From Eledone cirrhosa (lineage: Eukaryota): a stretch of 64,000 bases of DNA. The position numbers and the translations under genes are program-made. Positions 13,450 to 25,335 of this stretch are shown here, piece by piece (position 1 is the first letter of the stretch; each line of letters begins with the position of its first letter). The stretch is taken from NCBI GenBank assembly GCA_964016885.1, contig OZ024740.1:288672001-288736000 (forward strand), written 5' to 3'. The notes below the pieces were generated by a model. It ran no database searches, had not been told where the DNA came from, and saw only the letters and a program-made list of their open reading frames with translations.

Positions 13450-13645
13450 GAAGGTGGTAGATTGGTAGTACTGGGAGCACATCAGAGAATAAAGCTTTGT
13501 GGTATTTAGTTACAATTTTCTATGTTCTGAGATCAAATCCCACCAAGGCCAAGTTTACCTTTCATTCTACCAGGATCGATAAAATAAAGTACCAGTAAAA
13601 TACTGGGGTTGATATGATCAACATTTCCCTTTCCCCAAATTTCTG
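13450..13645 (+). mobile_element. Diverged copy of the same SINE family; further copies at approx. 21650-21800, 38770-38915, 40820-41025, 45830-46045 and 46150-46295
   Basis: Shared TCAAATCCC...TTTCAT.CT...GATAAAATAAAGTACCAGT...ACTGGGG core. Confidence 0.75.
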
Positions 13646-16052
13646 TTATTCTCCTCCATCTGATATCATTGTGACAAATGAAAGAAATTATTATTGTTCT
13701 TGTTGTGTTTGGCATTTTAACAGTTTCAATCACTGTTCTTCTAGACTAGTGTGAATTTTGACATTTACATGAAAAGATGGATGAACACTAAGAGGAGACA
13801 GAGGTCACTACTTCTTAATTAGGTTTTTAACTAGGCAAGTAGCATACAGAGCTACATGATACAATAACAGTGCTCTATTTATGCAAGACACTTTATTTTC
13901 GATACTTTAGTCAAGCTAGTTTTACCACATAAAAAAGTCTAAATTTTGTGCTCTGTCCAACCCATATTGGCACTACTACTTTACAGGGTGGACTGTGTGT
14001 TTTTTTACAGTTTCCATTTACCATTTCCACTCACAAAGCATTGGTCTATGTGAGGCTATGATAGAAAACACTTGCCGAGAGTGCCACCCATTGAAATAGT
14101 CTAAACTCACATGGTTGTGAAATAAACTTCTTAACCACACAGCCAGGACTGAGTCTATGCAGATGTATAAATTATTTTCAATTTTTGTAATATCCGAAAT
14201 GTAAAAATCAAACTGCTGTGTTGTAGCGATGTTTTTTGGATATTCTATTTTAAGATTTAATTATTTAAACATGTGGTCCTTATTGAGGAGTTTGTTGAAG
14301 GATGTCATTGTTAGTTACAAATCAAGGTTGTGTAAACCTTCCCTCTTCTTTTAACATCTCCCATTCATAAGAATCTAGTTTCTCATTCTCACAGAAAGAC
14401 ATTGCTAGTAAGCTGTCTTCCAAATTTGGTAAAGTATGTATGATTAGTCTTCATTAAATTTCTGTTGAGAATCCTGAAATTTAGTTTTAACTCAAAATGA
14501 ACTTCCAGTAACATTTGGCAAGCTTCACTAAAACAGTAACCCATGTGTGTGGGTGTCTGCTGGTGCTATACCATTGCACTAAAGCAGCAACTCACTTGCT
14601 CCAGAATTCTGGTGTGTCAATGAAACTATTTTTGTCTTGATGCTTGAAGCAGTAGAAAGGGGAGTGCACTAATTGTTTTAGACTATCTACACCTCTCATT
14701 TGCAATATATTCATATTTATGATCCAAACTTTGGTTATGCTTCAGTGTTAATAATAGATGCAAGTCTTTAGTTTATATGGTTGTTGTTGATTTCATTTCT
14801 ATTCAGTAGCTAATACTATCTTTTTTTATGTGTTCATAATATTTCAGTTAGGTATTAGCACTAAAAACACTAGATATTGTCAGATTCAGTTAATAATATA
14901 TCAAAAGAAGATAATAATAACATCATAGCCTATCAGATTAAGTTAAATAAGATCTTCTTGGGCTGTGGTTAAGTTGGGTAACTGAAGGAAGTAAATACTC
15001 ACAGTAATTAATTTGATCTTCTTGTAACTATTCTGGTCCTGAAAAGCTAAAGTACTTTCAAACTGTAGCATGATGAGAGATACAGCACAGCAGTGGGTCA
15101 AAGAGTTAGATATTCATACATTGTAAGGAAAAGGTCACAGTGGTTGTGTAGCAAGAGGGGAGAGAAAAAGGGAAGCAATCAGCTTCTTGAGTGCTAACCT
15201 ATCAGGCCTGTTAATTAGGATGGGGGGGCTATAATTATCTTTACCACCATTATCACTACCACCCAGTGTTAAGAACCCTTGCTACAGCACTGGGTTATAA
15301 GAATATATAATCAAATGTTCACACAGTGTGTCCTTAAATGTTGATATGTGAAATTCTGTTTTACTAGGATATAGAGATATTTAACTGATTAGAGTATCTT
15401 TGATATTTAAAGTAAGACCTATACAGAGATCATATGTCCATTTACCTGAGTATACAAGTGATTGGTGAAGTAAAGGGATGGTAGATGGTTTCATTTCAGT
15501 ATTGCAACAGAAATATACTGTTCTGTGTTTTATGTATATATTTGAAACAACAGTGAATGCTTGTGAGTGTAGAAAAAATATATAGTCTTGAGTGAGTTGA
15601 AACCTCTTACAGAATGAGTGTGTTCGTTTAAATAGGGATAGTAGGATTGTATTTGTACATCAGTATATACACACAATTGTAATTAAATTATATATGAATA
15701 TATCCATGTATATAGTCACATATGAGTATATTTAATATGGTATATATTATAGAAGTACATTAGATGGCAAAATCATTTGAGTTATAGGTAAACTACCCTC
15801 TGATATTTGTTATGTACCCTTTTCAGTCTGAGTTCAGATTCTTTTAGTGTTGACTTTTCCTTTTATTTTTACGGGATTGATGAAATAAGAATGCCATTCA
15901 CCCAGAATTTGTGGTCTTTTGTCAATGTAAGAAATCAATATAAGATACACATACACATGTATGCGCACATGCACACACATAAAGCAACTGTAGAGCTGTA
16001 TATTTGGTGCCTGGTCTATTTTGCTTCTACAAGCATGTTGCTTGCTATTGTT

Positions 16053-16235
16053 TAACCCCAAGTTATCCCTGATAGAATAAGCCTATAGTCAAGGCATTCC
16101 AGATGTGATTTACTTGTCTTTTTTAGGGTCTTTATTACTATATTATCTAATAAATGGCCTTTTTTGTGATTTGAGAGAGATTTGGCAACTATTTTTAGCA
16201 GGTTGAGCGACTATATAAAGGCTTTCTCTTTGGCT
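16053..16235 (+). repeat. Third dispersed ~190-bp repeat family; copies at approx. 36545-36760, 43260-43460, 47890-48080, 48120-48310 and 26490-26690 (-)
   Basis: Recurrent AACCCCAG.TCAACCCTG...TCAAAG.CATTCCAG...GAGATTTGGCTG.TATTTCTAGCAG motif set. The class is undetermined. Confidence 0.6.
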
Positions 16236-16559
16236 ATACTGTAGATATCATAGCTCACATAGTTTACATCTATCTGAAGTAATGCATTCATTTGCCAAGC
16301 ACTTTACAGAGTGTATTGGGTGCACATATGTGTAGTTAAACAGTATAATGTATGTTGTTGTTCTGATGATTTAGCTCCAAGTCAGTCACCCTCTGGAGTT
16401 TATATTAAAAAAACTCATTTCAATAAAGCATCAAAATATATATCAGAACAATTTGCAAGTGGTTTCAATGAATTAAAGCATATTCAATCTGTTAGGGTTT
16501 GTATGTATCATTAGGATCATTATTCTTGTTCATTTTATCATGCTTGCATGGGTTACACT

Positions 16560-17030
16560 GGTTTATTTAAGCATAGTGTCTGACCCATGCTTACATGGGT
16601 TGGACAGGTCTACTTAAGCATAGTATCTAACCACTTATTGTGGTTCTTTGTCATCCCCTTCATGAAGCTCAACCTCGTGAGTTCAGCTTCTCCCACATTT
16701 CCCATATCTTCTTTGATTTTCCTTTTCCACAGTTTTCTTCCACTTGAATCACTTGGCACTTTTTTTTACCTCACTGACATCTTTCATACACATCACATGT
16801 TCATGTCATCACAGTCCTTTCCCTTGCACACTTAAATTACACATCCAGCAAAGCTTCTCCATCCCTTTTTCTTTTTAGCTTTTGCACATCCTCTGCACTT
16901 AATAACCATGTTTCATTTCCATGCCATATCAAACTTTATACACAAGCATCATACAATCTGCCCTTCATTTAGAGAAAGAGAATCCCTTTGTTATCAGAAA
17001 AGGTGATAACTTCTTGAGAATCTCAGCAAA
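16560..17030 (-). mobile_element. Probable decayed RTE-like LINE 3' fragment
   Basis: The minus strand resembles RTE C-terminal motifs (KGRLYDACV, HGNETW). It is heavily degraded. Confidence 0.5.
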
Positions 17031-17185
17031 TAATTCTTTTACTGAGGATCCATGTCTCCATCTGATGATTGCTTTTGCTGGTATGAAACAGACTTTTTAT
17101 ATGTGATTATGTGTGTGTGTAATAGAACACTGGTGGGTTATATCAGTAGTAGTAGAGCACTCAGTCCATGGGGTGAGTTTGGTAG

Positions 17186-17323
17186 AAGTAGTTCCACAAC
17201 AGTTAATTCACTATACCGAGAACAATTGTTCCACCTTATTCAGATCCTCAGCTCGGTCTGAGGATCCGAATAAGGGGAAACAATTGTTCTCGGCATGGTG
17301 AACTAACTGTTGTGCAACTACTT
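17186..17323. repeat. Imperfect palindrome with 66-bp arms and a 6-nt loop (CTCGGT)
   Basis: Arms 17186-17251 and 17258-17323 are reverse complements with 7 mismatches. Confidence 0.92.
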
Positions 17324-18814
17324 ATATATATAAAATAAACAGAAGTGTACACATGTGTAGTAAATATCCAAAATTAAATTAAGAGTGTCATGTCAGAGAG
17401 ACATGCGCCATGTGTAGTAAATAGTAATTCTGACCTGATGTTCTATATTCACCCATATTATAGATTATATGCTATTGATTTCCTATTGAAGCTACTACTA
17501 TCACCACACTGGTGTGTGTGTTGGACCATTGTTGGTCCTGCTGAGTGTTCCAGTTATTTAAACAATGTAATAGCCTACTCATGAAATTAAAGTGCAATTG
17601 ATTGAGCCTCCTACAGGCATCTGCAACCTCAGTGTAGTTCTCAGGGAGATTCAGTGTGATAGAGTGAGCGATAAGACTTGCCATTTAAATTACAGGTACA
17701 ACTCACATTTTCCAGCTGAGTGAACTGGAGCAATGTGAAATAAAGTATCTTGCTCAAGGACACAATGCTCCATTGGGAATTGAACTCACAATCTTATTAT
17801 TGTGAGCTGAACACCTTAACCACTAACTTTCTATAGACATTTTCACCTTACATGGTGAGGTGGTTTAACCCTTTCAATATCATATTTCTATTGAAAGACA
17901 TTGCTTGTTATTTCCAAATAATTGAGAAAATAATTAAAAAAAATTTTAAGGTATTTTGTAAAATAACTTTCTCACTATTTATGTGATAATTGGAGCATAA
18001 CTTGATAAATGTTCTCACCTAAAATTATGATCGATGGTTTTTAGATAAATATAAACACTTAAAAAAAAAGAAAAGGGTTTTGTAATGTGACACTAAGGGC
18101 AGTTTTAGACAGTTTAGTATCATAGGAGTTAAGGATAGTTGACTTTCATATTCACTCATTCACATACACACAGCCACCACCACTAATACTTGCCCCACTG
18201 CTGCTAAGGTAGAATTCATAGCAATGTCTCTCTCTCTCTACATTATCCAACCTGCCACTGTATCCATGATAGTTGTGCTGGCATTGGAAGCAATATCAGA
18301 GCCCTTCACACCAGCCCAACCCATCAAACAAGTTGTTTTGTTGTTTTACTGTCATACCCCTTTTTGTGAGGCAGTGGGGGTGGTATCTCCTAAATTAGGG
18401 ATAGCAGGTGGAGAAAGAAAGGTGGTGAGAAATAAGTTCCCATCTAAAGTTGATTTTTATCCCCTTTCTTTTTCAACACCCCTCGGTTTTAGGATGGGTG
18501 GGGGTATAGGGGTGCCAGAAAACCTTCAGCTGCTACCACCACTCGTCTCTCTCTGCCACTTTCATTCATTAGTTGGTGTTGAGTGAAGGTTTCTCACTCT
18601 ACCACAGCAACAACAGCAACAACTATTATCACCACTACACTAGTGTTGACCCAGAGGGGTGATAGATTTAGTGAGATTAACTAATTATTCAACCTAAAAA
18701 TGACAACCTCCACCTACATGCTCTCCCCACCCCCTATCTCTCTCTCCCAGGAAAATACAGGAAAAATTAAAAACACATAATGATCACTATCTATTCATGT
18801 GTGTGATTAACTGA

Positions 18815-18951
18815 ACACACACACACACAAGTGTCTATTGTAAGCTTAACCCTCATACAGGCATCTACTGATGACTCCACACACACACACACAAGTGTCT
18901 ATTGTAAGCTTAACCCTCATACAAGCATCTACTGATGACTCCACACACACA
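18815..18951. repeat. 64-bp tandem duplication bounded by (CA)n
   Basis: AAGTGTCTATTGTAAGCTTAACCCTCATACA.GCATCTACTGATGACTCC occurs at 18829 and 18893. Confidence 0.92.
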
Positions 18952-19070
18952 AAGTTCTGGGATGTGTGAAGTCTCATTTCACTTTGCTCTCCCTCACTTC
19001 CTTACTCTTTTAATGATTATTCTACTGCTCTGTTATCAACTGTTGCTATAATAGAGAGACTACTACTGCC

Positions 19071-20178
19071 TCTACTGTTGTAGTGGAGGTAGTATTGTTA
19101 CAGCTAAGCTACTGCTGTATTGGAGGTAGTGTTGTTGTAGCTACTGCTGTATTGGAGGTAGTGTTATAGCTACTGTTGTAGTGGAGGTAGTGTTGTTACA
19201 GCTAAACTACTGCTGTATTGGAGGTAGTGTTGTAGCTACTGCTGTATTGGAGGTAGTGTTGTAGCTACTGTTGTAGTGGAGGTAGTATTGTTACAGCTAA
19301 GCTACTGCTGTATTGGAGGTAGTGTTGTTGCAGCTACTGTTGTAGTGGAGGTAGTGTTGTAGCTACTGCTGTATTGGAGGTAGTGTTATAGCTACTGTTG
19401 TAGTGGAGGTAGTGTTGTTACAGCTAAACTACTGCTGTATTGGAGGTAGTGTTGTTGTAGCTACTGCTGTATTGGAGGTAGTGTTGTAGCTACTGTTGTA
19501 GTGGAGGTAGTATTGTTACAGCTAAACTACTGCTGTATTGGAGGTAGTGTTGTTGTAGCTACTGTTGTAGTGGAGGTAGTGTTGTTACAGCTAAACTACT
19601 GCTGTATTGGAGGTAGTGTTGTTGTAGCTACTGCTGTATTGGAGGTAGTGTTGTTGTAGCTACTGCTGTATTGGAGGTAGTGTTATAGCCACTGTTGTAG
19701 TGTTGTAGTGGAGGTAGTGTTGTTACAGCTAAGCTACTGTTGTAGTGGAGGTAGTGTTATAGCTACTGTTTTAGTGGAGGTAGTGTTGTTACAGCTAAAC
19801 TACTGCTGTATTGGAGGTAGTGTTGTAGCTACTGTTGTAGTGGAGGTAGTGTTGTTATAGCTACTGTTGTAGTGGAGGTAGTGTTATAGCCACTGTTGTA
19901 GTGTTGTAGTTACTGTTGTAGTGGAGGTAGTGTTGTTACAGCTAAGCTACTGTTGTAGTGGAGGTAGTGTTGTAGCTACTGTTGTAGTGGAGGTAGTGTT
20001 ATAGCTACTGTTTTAGTGGAGGTGGTGGTGTTACAGCTACAGTTGTAGTGTTGTTATAGCTACAGTTGTAGTGGAGGTGGTGTTGTTATAGCTACAGTTG
20101 TAGTGGAGGTGGTGTTATAGCCACTGTTGTAGTGGAGGTGGTGTTATAGCTACTGTTGTAGTGGAGGTGGTGTTATAG
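19071..20178. repeat. ~1.1-kb minisatellite, 29-37 bp variant units (GCTACTGYTGTAKTGGAGGTAGTGTT...)
   Basis: Directly visible tandem array with two alternating core variants. Confidence 0.95.
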
Positions 20179-21227
20179 TCATTGCAATCGAGGGAGAGAC
20201 TGCTACTGTAGCTACTTCTCTGTGGAAGAAACTGCTACTACCACAGCCACTGCTCTATGTAAAAAATATTACTGCTGTTACTACAACTACCTTTGACATA
20301 GTGGGGTGGCTGCTACTACAGCTACTACTCTGAGAGAGAGTAATAAATACTACAGTGAGGAGGAGCCTGCTACTACACCTACTGTGTGTAATGAAGAGAC
20401 TTAAGAAAATAAAAAAAAATAACATACTATAAAACTTTGTAGCTGCTACTACTGTTGGGGTTTTTCTTTTTGTTTTGGGACCTAATGGTCTCTTGTGGCA
20501 AGGCATTATAGGGAAAGGGTGTAAAATAAGTAACAAGTTTTCTGGTAGCCAGGCCAGGGACATCTACCACCCTCATCAACTCTGATATCTATGATCCACA
20601 CACACACACACACACACACTCTCTCTCTCCCCCTCGCTCATTCTCTCTCTTTCTCTCTGGAGTAATTCAGAGAATGTTTCTTCTGGAACTTGAGAATGGC
20701 ATCATGTTAAAGGGAGTGGTTGGTTTAGTGGTCCCCACCCCCCACCCTCACTATTATAGGCCTGTCTGTCTGCTGGGTCATAGGTAGGCAGTAGTATAGT
20801 GGAGAACTGGAGGAGAAGGTTGAGAGGAAAGGCAATCTAATCTAATGCAGTGTGGTAGTGGTGGTGGTGTGTTGTACTGTTTAGTAGCAGACACCCCACC
20901 CAACATACCTACACTCACTCACTCAATATCTCACTCACTCACTCTCTCTCTCTCTCTTGCTGGGATTCTGTGTTTGAAATTGTTGTTGAAAGTTCTGAAG
21001 CAATAATCTTGAAAAACTTGTACATTTTTTTGTTTGGATTTTTTTTATTCTCAGGAACCAAATGGAAGCAGATTGTATAACATTTCGAAACTTTCCTTAA
21101 TCCCTTTCATATTCTTTCGACTTTCGAAGCAGAGTACTGCTTTTCACATTCTTACACACTATTAGCAGTAGAAAGAAGTACACATTTATACCTAGCCGTA
21201 TATAACTGATCAATAGGTGTACATATA

Positions 21228-21291
<64 letters not shown>

Positions 21292-21343
21292 TCGTCGTTT
21301 GCTTCTAAACTATTCAACTAAAAATGACCATTACCGTCCACAG

Positions 21344-21568
21344 TTTCCTGGTCAGTTTTATGGTGGATGCCCGAGGTGGAGCCATGAGGGGTAGCCGTCA
21401 CTCCGGAGTACGTATCATCATTCCACCAAGGAAAGCATACATGCCCACAAGGGTAACCTGCAAACTAATAAAACGAGAGAAATTGAGCCATCCGCCTCCC
21501 CTCAATGAAGGTGAGGCACTTGCTAGCCGCATACTCGAGATGGGGCCTGTTGGAGTCAAATTTCTTGG
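21344..21568 (+). CDS. Ank2: Ankyrin ZU5-N exon ([30 protein letters not shown]...[21 protein letters not shown])
   Basis: Hallmark ankyrin spectrin-binding ZU5 sequence including the DAR motif. cag acceptor, GG|GTAAGT donor, phase 2-2. Confidence 0.97.
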
Positions 21569-21798
21569 GTAAGTCCTTCTTTTTTAGTTTCTATTTATTT
21601 GATTAAAATTTTTTTCTATGTATTATCTTGTTTGACCGATAAAATGTTTTGTAGTATTTGGTTACACCTCTTTATGTTGAAATCTCACTAAGGTCAACTT
21701 TGAATTTGTATCCTTCCGTGATTAAGAAAATAAGTACCAGTTACAAACTGGAGTCGATCTTAATTGACTACCCAAAAAGCTGAGGCTTTGTACCCATG

Positions 21799-21830
<32 letters not shown>

Positions 21831-22950
21831 TATCTGTGCTGTCTGTAGTTGTCAAAATATTATTAGTTGACCTGATCTTTTTATATTTGGTTCAAATCTA
21901 TTAATATTTAAGTATTCTGTTGTGTTCCATAAACAAAGCACGAAGCTCTAACTTTTGTGATGTGATGATGGTGTGATGAGACCTTAGCTGAAAATTGTCC
22001 TTTCATGGTGTGTATCAGCATTAGTGAGCAACAGGCGACCATCTATACATCCCCATTACTCTATCAGGAGGATGAAATATCTCTCAATCATTTCCTGGTT
22101 TCATATCTAAGACAATCTCTGCTACATCCCAATATTGTCTATTAACAACAGCTTTGACATGAATAGAATGTAAACAAAAACAGTAACAACACTAAAGATC
22201 TGGTTGTAAATCTGTATCTGTTGAGGACTGTTTTTCCTACTTGTGTGGTGGAAGGGGAAGTACCCTGATGCATTAAGTCATAAAAATATCACTGGACACT
22301 CTTAGTGTATGTAGAGGTCAGTCAGAGAGGGACTAGGTCATAGTGATACCACTGAACAATTCACATCTTTATCTACTTTATGCAGAGGTCAGTCAGTCAT
22401 AGTGACACCACTGAACTCTTCACATCTTTACTGTATGTAGAGGTCAGTCAGAGAGGGAATATGTCATAGTGACACCACAGAGCACTTCTCATCTACTGTA
22501 TTATAGGATTTGAATTCAGCACTGACTTAATCAGACACCTGTTGATTATACAGTACTGCTGCTGTTGCTTCCAGTGGTGTGTTGCTACCCTAAGCTATCT
22601 ACAAATAGATTAGTGTACTGGGCCATTTAAAAAGAATCAAGTGTTGTGGCTACAAGCAATGCTATGTCTGTTCCAGGATACCTTATCAACTCTACAATTT
22701 TCAGTTTACTTGTTGGCTATAGATCATTTTCATCATCAATATTTTGTTATGGGTTGTCATGTGCTAATGTCAGACTTGCCAGATGACTGCACCACTTGCA
22801 CCTTACATTTTTGGCATGGTTTCTACGACTGGTTGTCCTTCCTAATGCCAACCACTTCATGTACCAGGTGCATTTTATCATAGCACCAGCACTACCTATG
22901 ACTTTACAGAGTGGGCTGAGTTTAAAATAAATAGATACCTACTAAATGGC

Positions 22951-23447
22951 TTAATTCTTTCATTACTTTACTTTTATTGAGATACACTGCCAATGATTTT
23001 CAAATTATTTTGAAAAAAATCGAAAATTTGAAGGAATGCAGCAATATAACTTTCTCATTAAGATGGTGCTTGTAATATAGCTTAATCCTTTAACATTTAA
23101 ACTGGCCATATCCAGCCAGAATTCTCTCACCTATTTCTGTTCAAACTGGCTATAACTGGCCACTCATACTGACATTAAGGTATTGTTCTCAAAATAAATA
23201 ATATCAAAATCTCAGATTCATTATTAAGTGAGATTATCATCATCATCATTTAACGCCTATTTTCCATGCTAGCATTATGAAAATGCAATAATAAATATAG
23301 AGTAATGTAAATGCTAAAGGGTTAAAAAAGGTCCTTACATAAAATCATGACAGAAGGTTTTTATATAAATATAAATATGTTAAAATAAAAGCCTATAAAT
23401 CCTTGATCTCAGATCAGTTTCATGTGGTTTATTATCAAATGGGTTAA
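22951..23447 (+). mobile_element. piggyBac-type non-autonomous element with a second TTAA element nested at 23082-23325
   Basis: The outer element belongs to a family bounded by TTAACCCTTT...AAGGGTTAA. The inner element has TTAA on both sides and TIRs TCCTTTAACATTTA / TAAATGCTAAAGGG. Confidence 0.65.
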
Positions 23448-24389
23448 AGTCCAAATGCTTAATCCCAATTGCTGGGTAGGACCATTCTGGGCAAGCAACA
23501 TCCCCAGATGCTTTGGTACTATTTCCTGAGGTAATATAGAATATGGTGTAGAACTCCCTAGGTTAGTAGATGAAAGATACATGTTCCTATGCATAGGATG
23601 ACTGTGTATCAGAAATAGCTTTCCCAGATAACCTGAAATCTGTTTATGACTACATCTGTGTGAACTGAAGTTACATAAAATAAAGTATTCTGCCAATAAA
23701 GACAAGAACTATGTTTGACCCCAGGATTAATGAATTGCTAGCCTGATACTTTAACAACTGCTCTGCCAGACTTATCTCATCTCATATGTTGCTAAATTAA
23801 CCTCAGATTACGTCTCTAAAGATCATATGTCCTGTGAAGGAGGAGTTGTAGCATTTTGTGAATCTGAGCCACATACTTCCATAACTAAACAACAACAGTC
23901 CTTGAGATTTTCATATGTAAGCTACATAAATGACAAAGAGATAACTATCACCTCCGATTGATTAAAAAAAATAAGTTTTTATTTATTTTTTTTTTTTTTT
24001 ATAAGAATTGTACACTTATGGATTCATAAATCAAAAATGAAAAAGTACCTGTTGAAAGTACAGTTGTGGTTGAAATAATACAAAAGTTCTCGAGTCATTT
24101 AGATAAAAATTAGGCAAAAATAACATTAAAAATAAATATGTTAAGTGGCTATAAAGAAGCTAAATTAATCATTTCTGTTGTATATGTTTTTGATCTGACC
24201 TTATGACCTGTATTGTATGATTGCAACCTCAAGCTGAAAAACATTACATTCATAATATTTGTAAAACGATATAAGATTTGACATTTTGGGCAGGGTCATT
24301 CTTTGACAGGTAATCTGTGGGTGAGTGACAGCCAAGCCACATGTGAGAAATGAGGTGGTCAACAGTTAATTTGCATGTGTAGGTGGACA

Positions 24390-24745
24390 GTAGGTGCCCT
24401 TGTGGCAGTAGAATTGGTTACAGTCTACATGTGGGAGGTGACAGCCATGATGGGGGCTTGCTGTTGGTGGACATGTGGGAGGTGGTTGTTGATTCTCAAT
24501 TGGGAGGTGTTTGCCAGTACACATGTGGGAGGTGGTTGTTGGTACCCAAGAGGTGGTTGTCTGCACATGTGGGATGTGGCTGTCAGAGCATATGTAGGAG
24601 GTGGTTATCAGGGCACATGTGGGGGGTGGTTGTCAGGGCACATGTGGGAGGTAGTTGTTGGTGTGCATGGGAGATGATTATTGGTGCACATGTGGGAAGT
24701 GGTTGCTAGTGTACAAGCTGTGAGGTGACAGTTAATGCACATGCT
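24390..24745. repeat. Degenerate ~24-bp tandem repeat (CACATGTGGGAGGTGGTTGT...)
   Basis: Recurrent unit that explains the overlapping spurious ORFs at 24366-24709. Confidence 0.85.
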
Positions 24746-24936
24746 GTGCAGTGTCAGAATGTTGGTGTATGATTTGATTAAAATGATGTCTACAAGGCCC
24801 TACAAATATCATGGGCACTGTACATTTTCACTGTGATTAATTAATAGTGTTGTTTAATTATTAAATGATGCCTGACATACATGTCAGTGCAACCAGCTTT
24901 ATAATCCTGCATTTTCTCTCTCTCTCTTTCTTGCAG

Positions 24937-25091
24937 TCCTGTCATCATTGAAGTCCCGCATTTTGCCTCACTTCGTGGAAAGGAAAGAGAAATAGCCATC
25001 ATCCGTTGTGATGATGGAGAGAAATGGACAGAACATCCCATACTAGCTACAGAGGAAGCAGTTAATGACACTCTTAATGGAAGTTTCGAAG
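24937..25091 (+). CDS. Ank2: Ankyrin ZU5-N exon (PVIIEVPHFASLRGKEREIAIIRCDDGEKWTEH...NGSFE)
   Basis: Matches the ankyrin GPVIVEIPHFA..RG.ERE motif and has a strong ctttcttgcag acceptor. The donor is either G|GTCAAA (end 25091) or A|GTGAGC (end 25121), both phase 1. It is missing from the + strand ORF track. Confidence 0.93.
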
Positions 25092-25335
25092 GTCAAAATG
25101 CCTCTGTGTCAAGCCTGTGGAGTGAGCCTGCCATTTTGTTGTGTTTAGTTTGGGGCATACATTTAACCTTTTCAAGTCCATAGCAACACCACATAGGTGG
25201 TCTCAGGAGCCCAATAAAATTTCTTGGATGCAAGTCTCTGCTGCCAGTCCCTATCCTTCTTATTTTTTTCCTTTCTCCTCGTTAATCCTAATGGTTGATA
25301 CCTCTCACTAGCGATATCTTCTTAATATATATATA

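Noticed and set aside
18224-18586. 120-aa ORF in the pre-ZU5 intron
   Set aside because: It has no recognisable homology or coding-like composition, and I identified no convincing phase-compatible splice sites.
24366-24709. Three overlapping Gly/Cys/Trp-rich ORFs
   Set aside because: They are by-products of a stop-poor 24-bp tandem repeat.
24841-25071. Minus-strand ORFs over exons (also 48414-48596, 55734-55937 and 61763-62023)
   Set aside because: They are antisense shadows of ankyrin coding exons.
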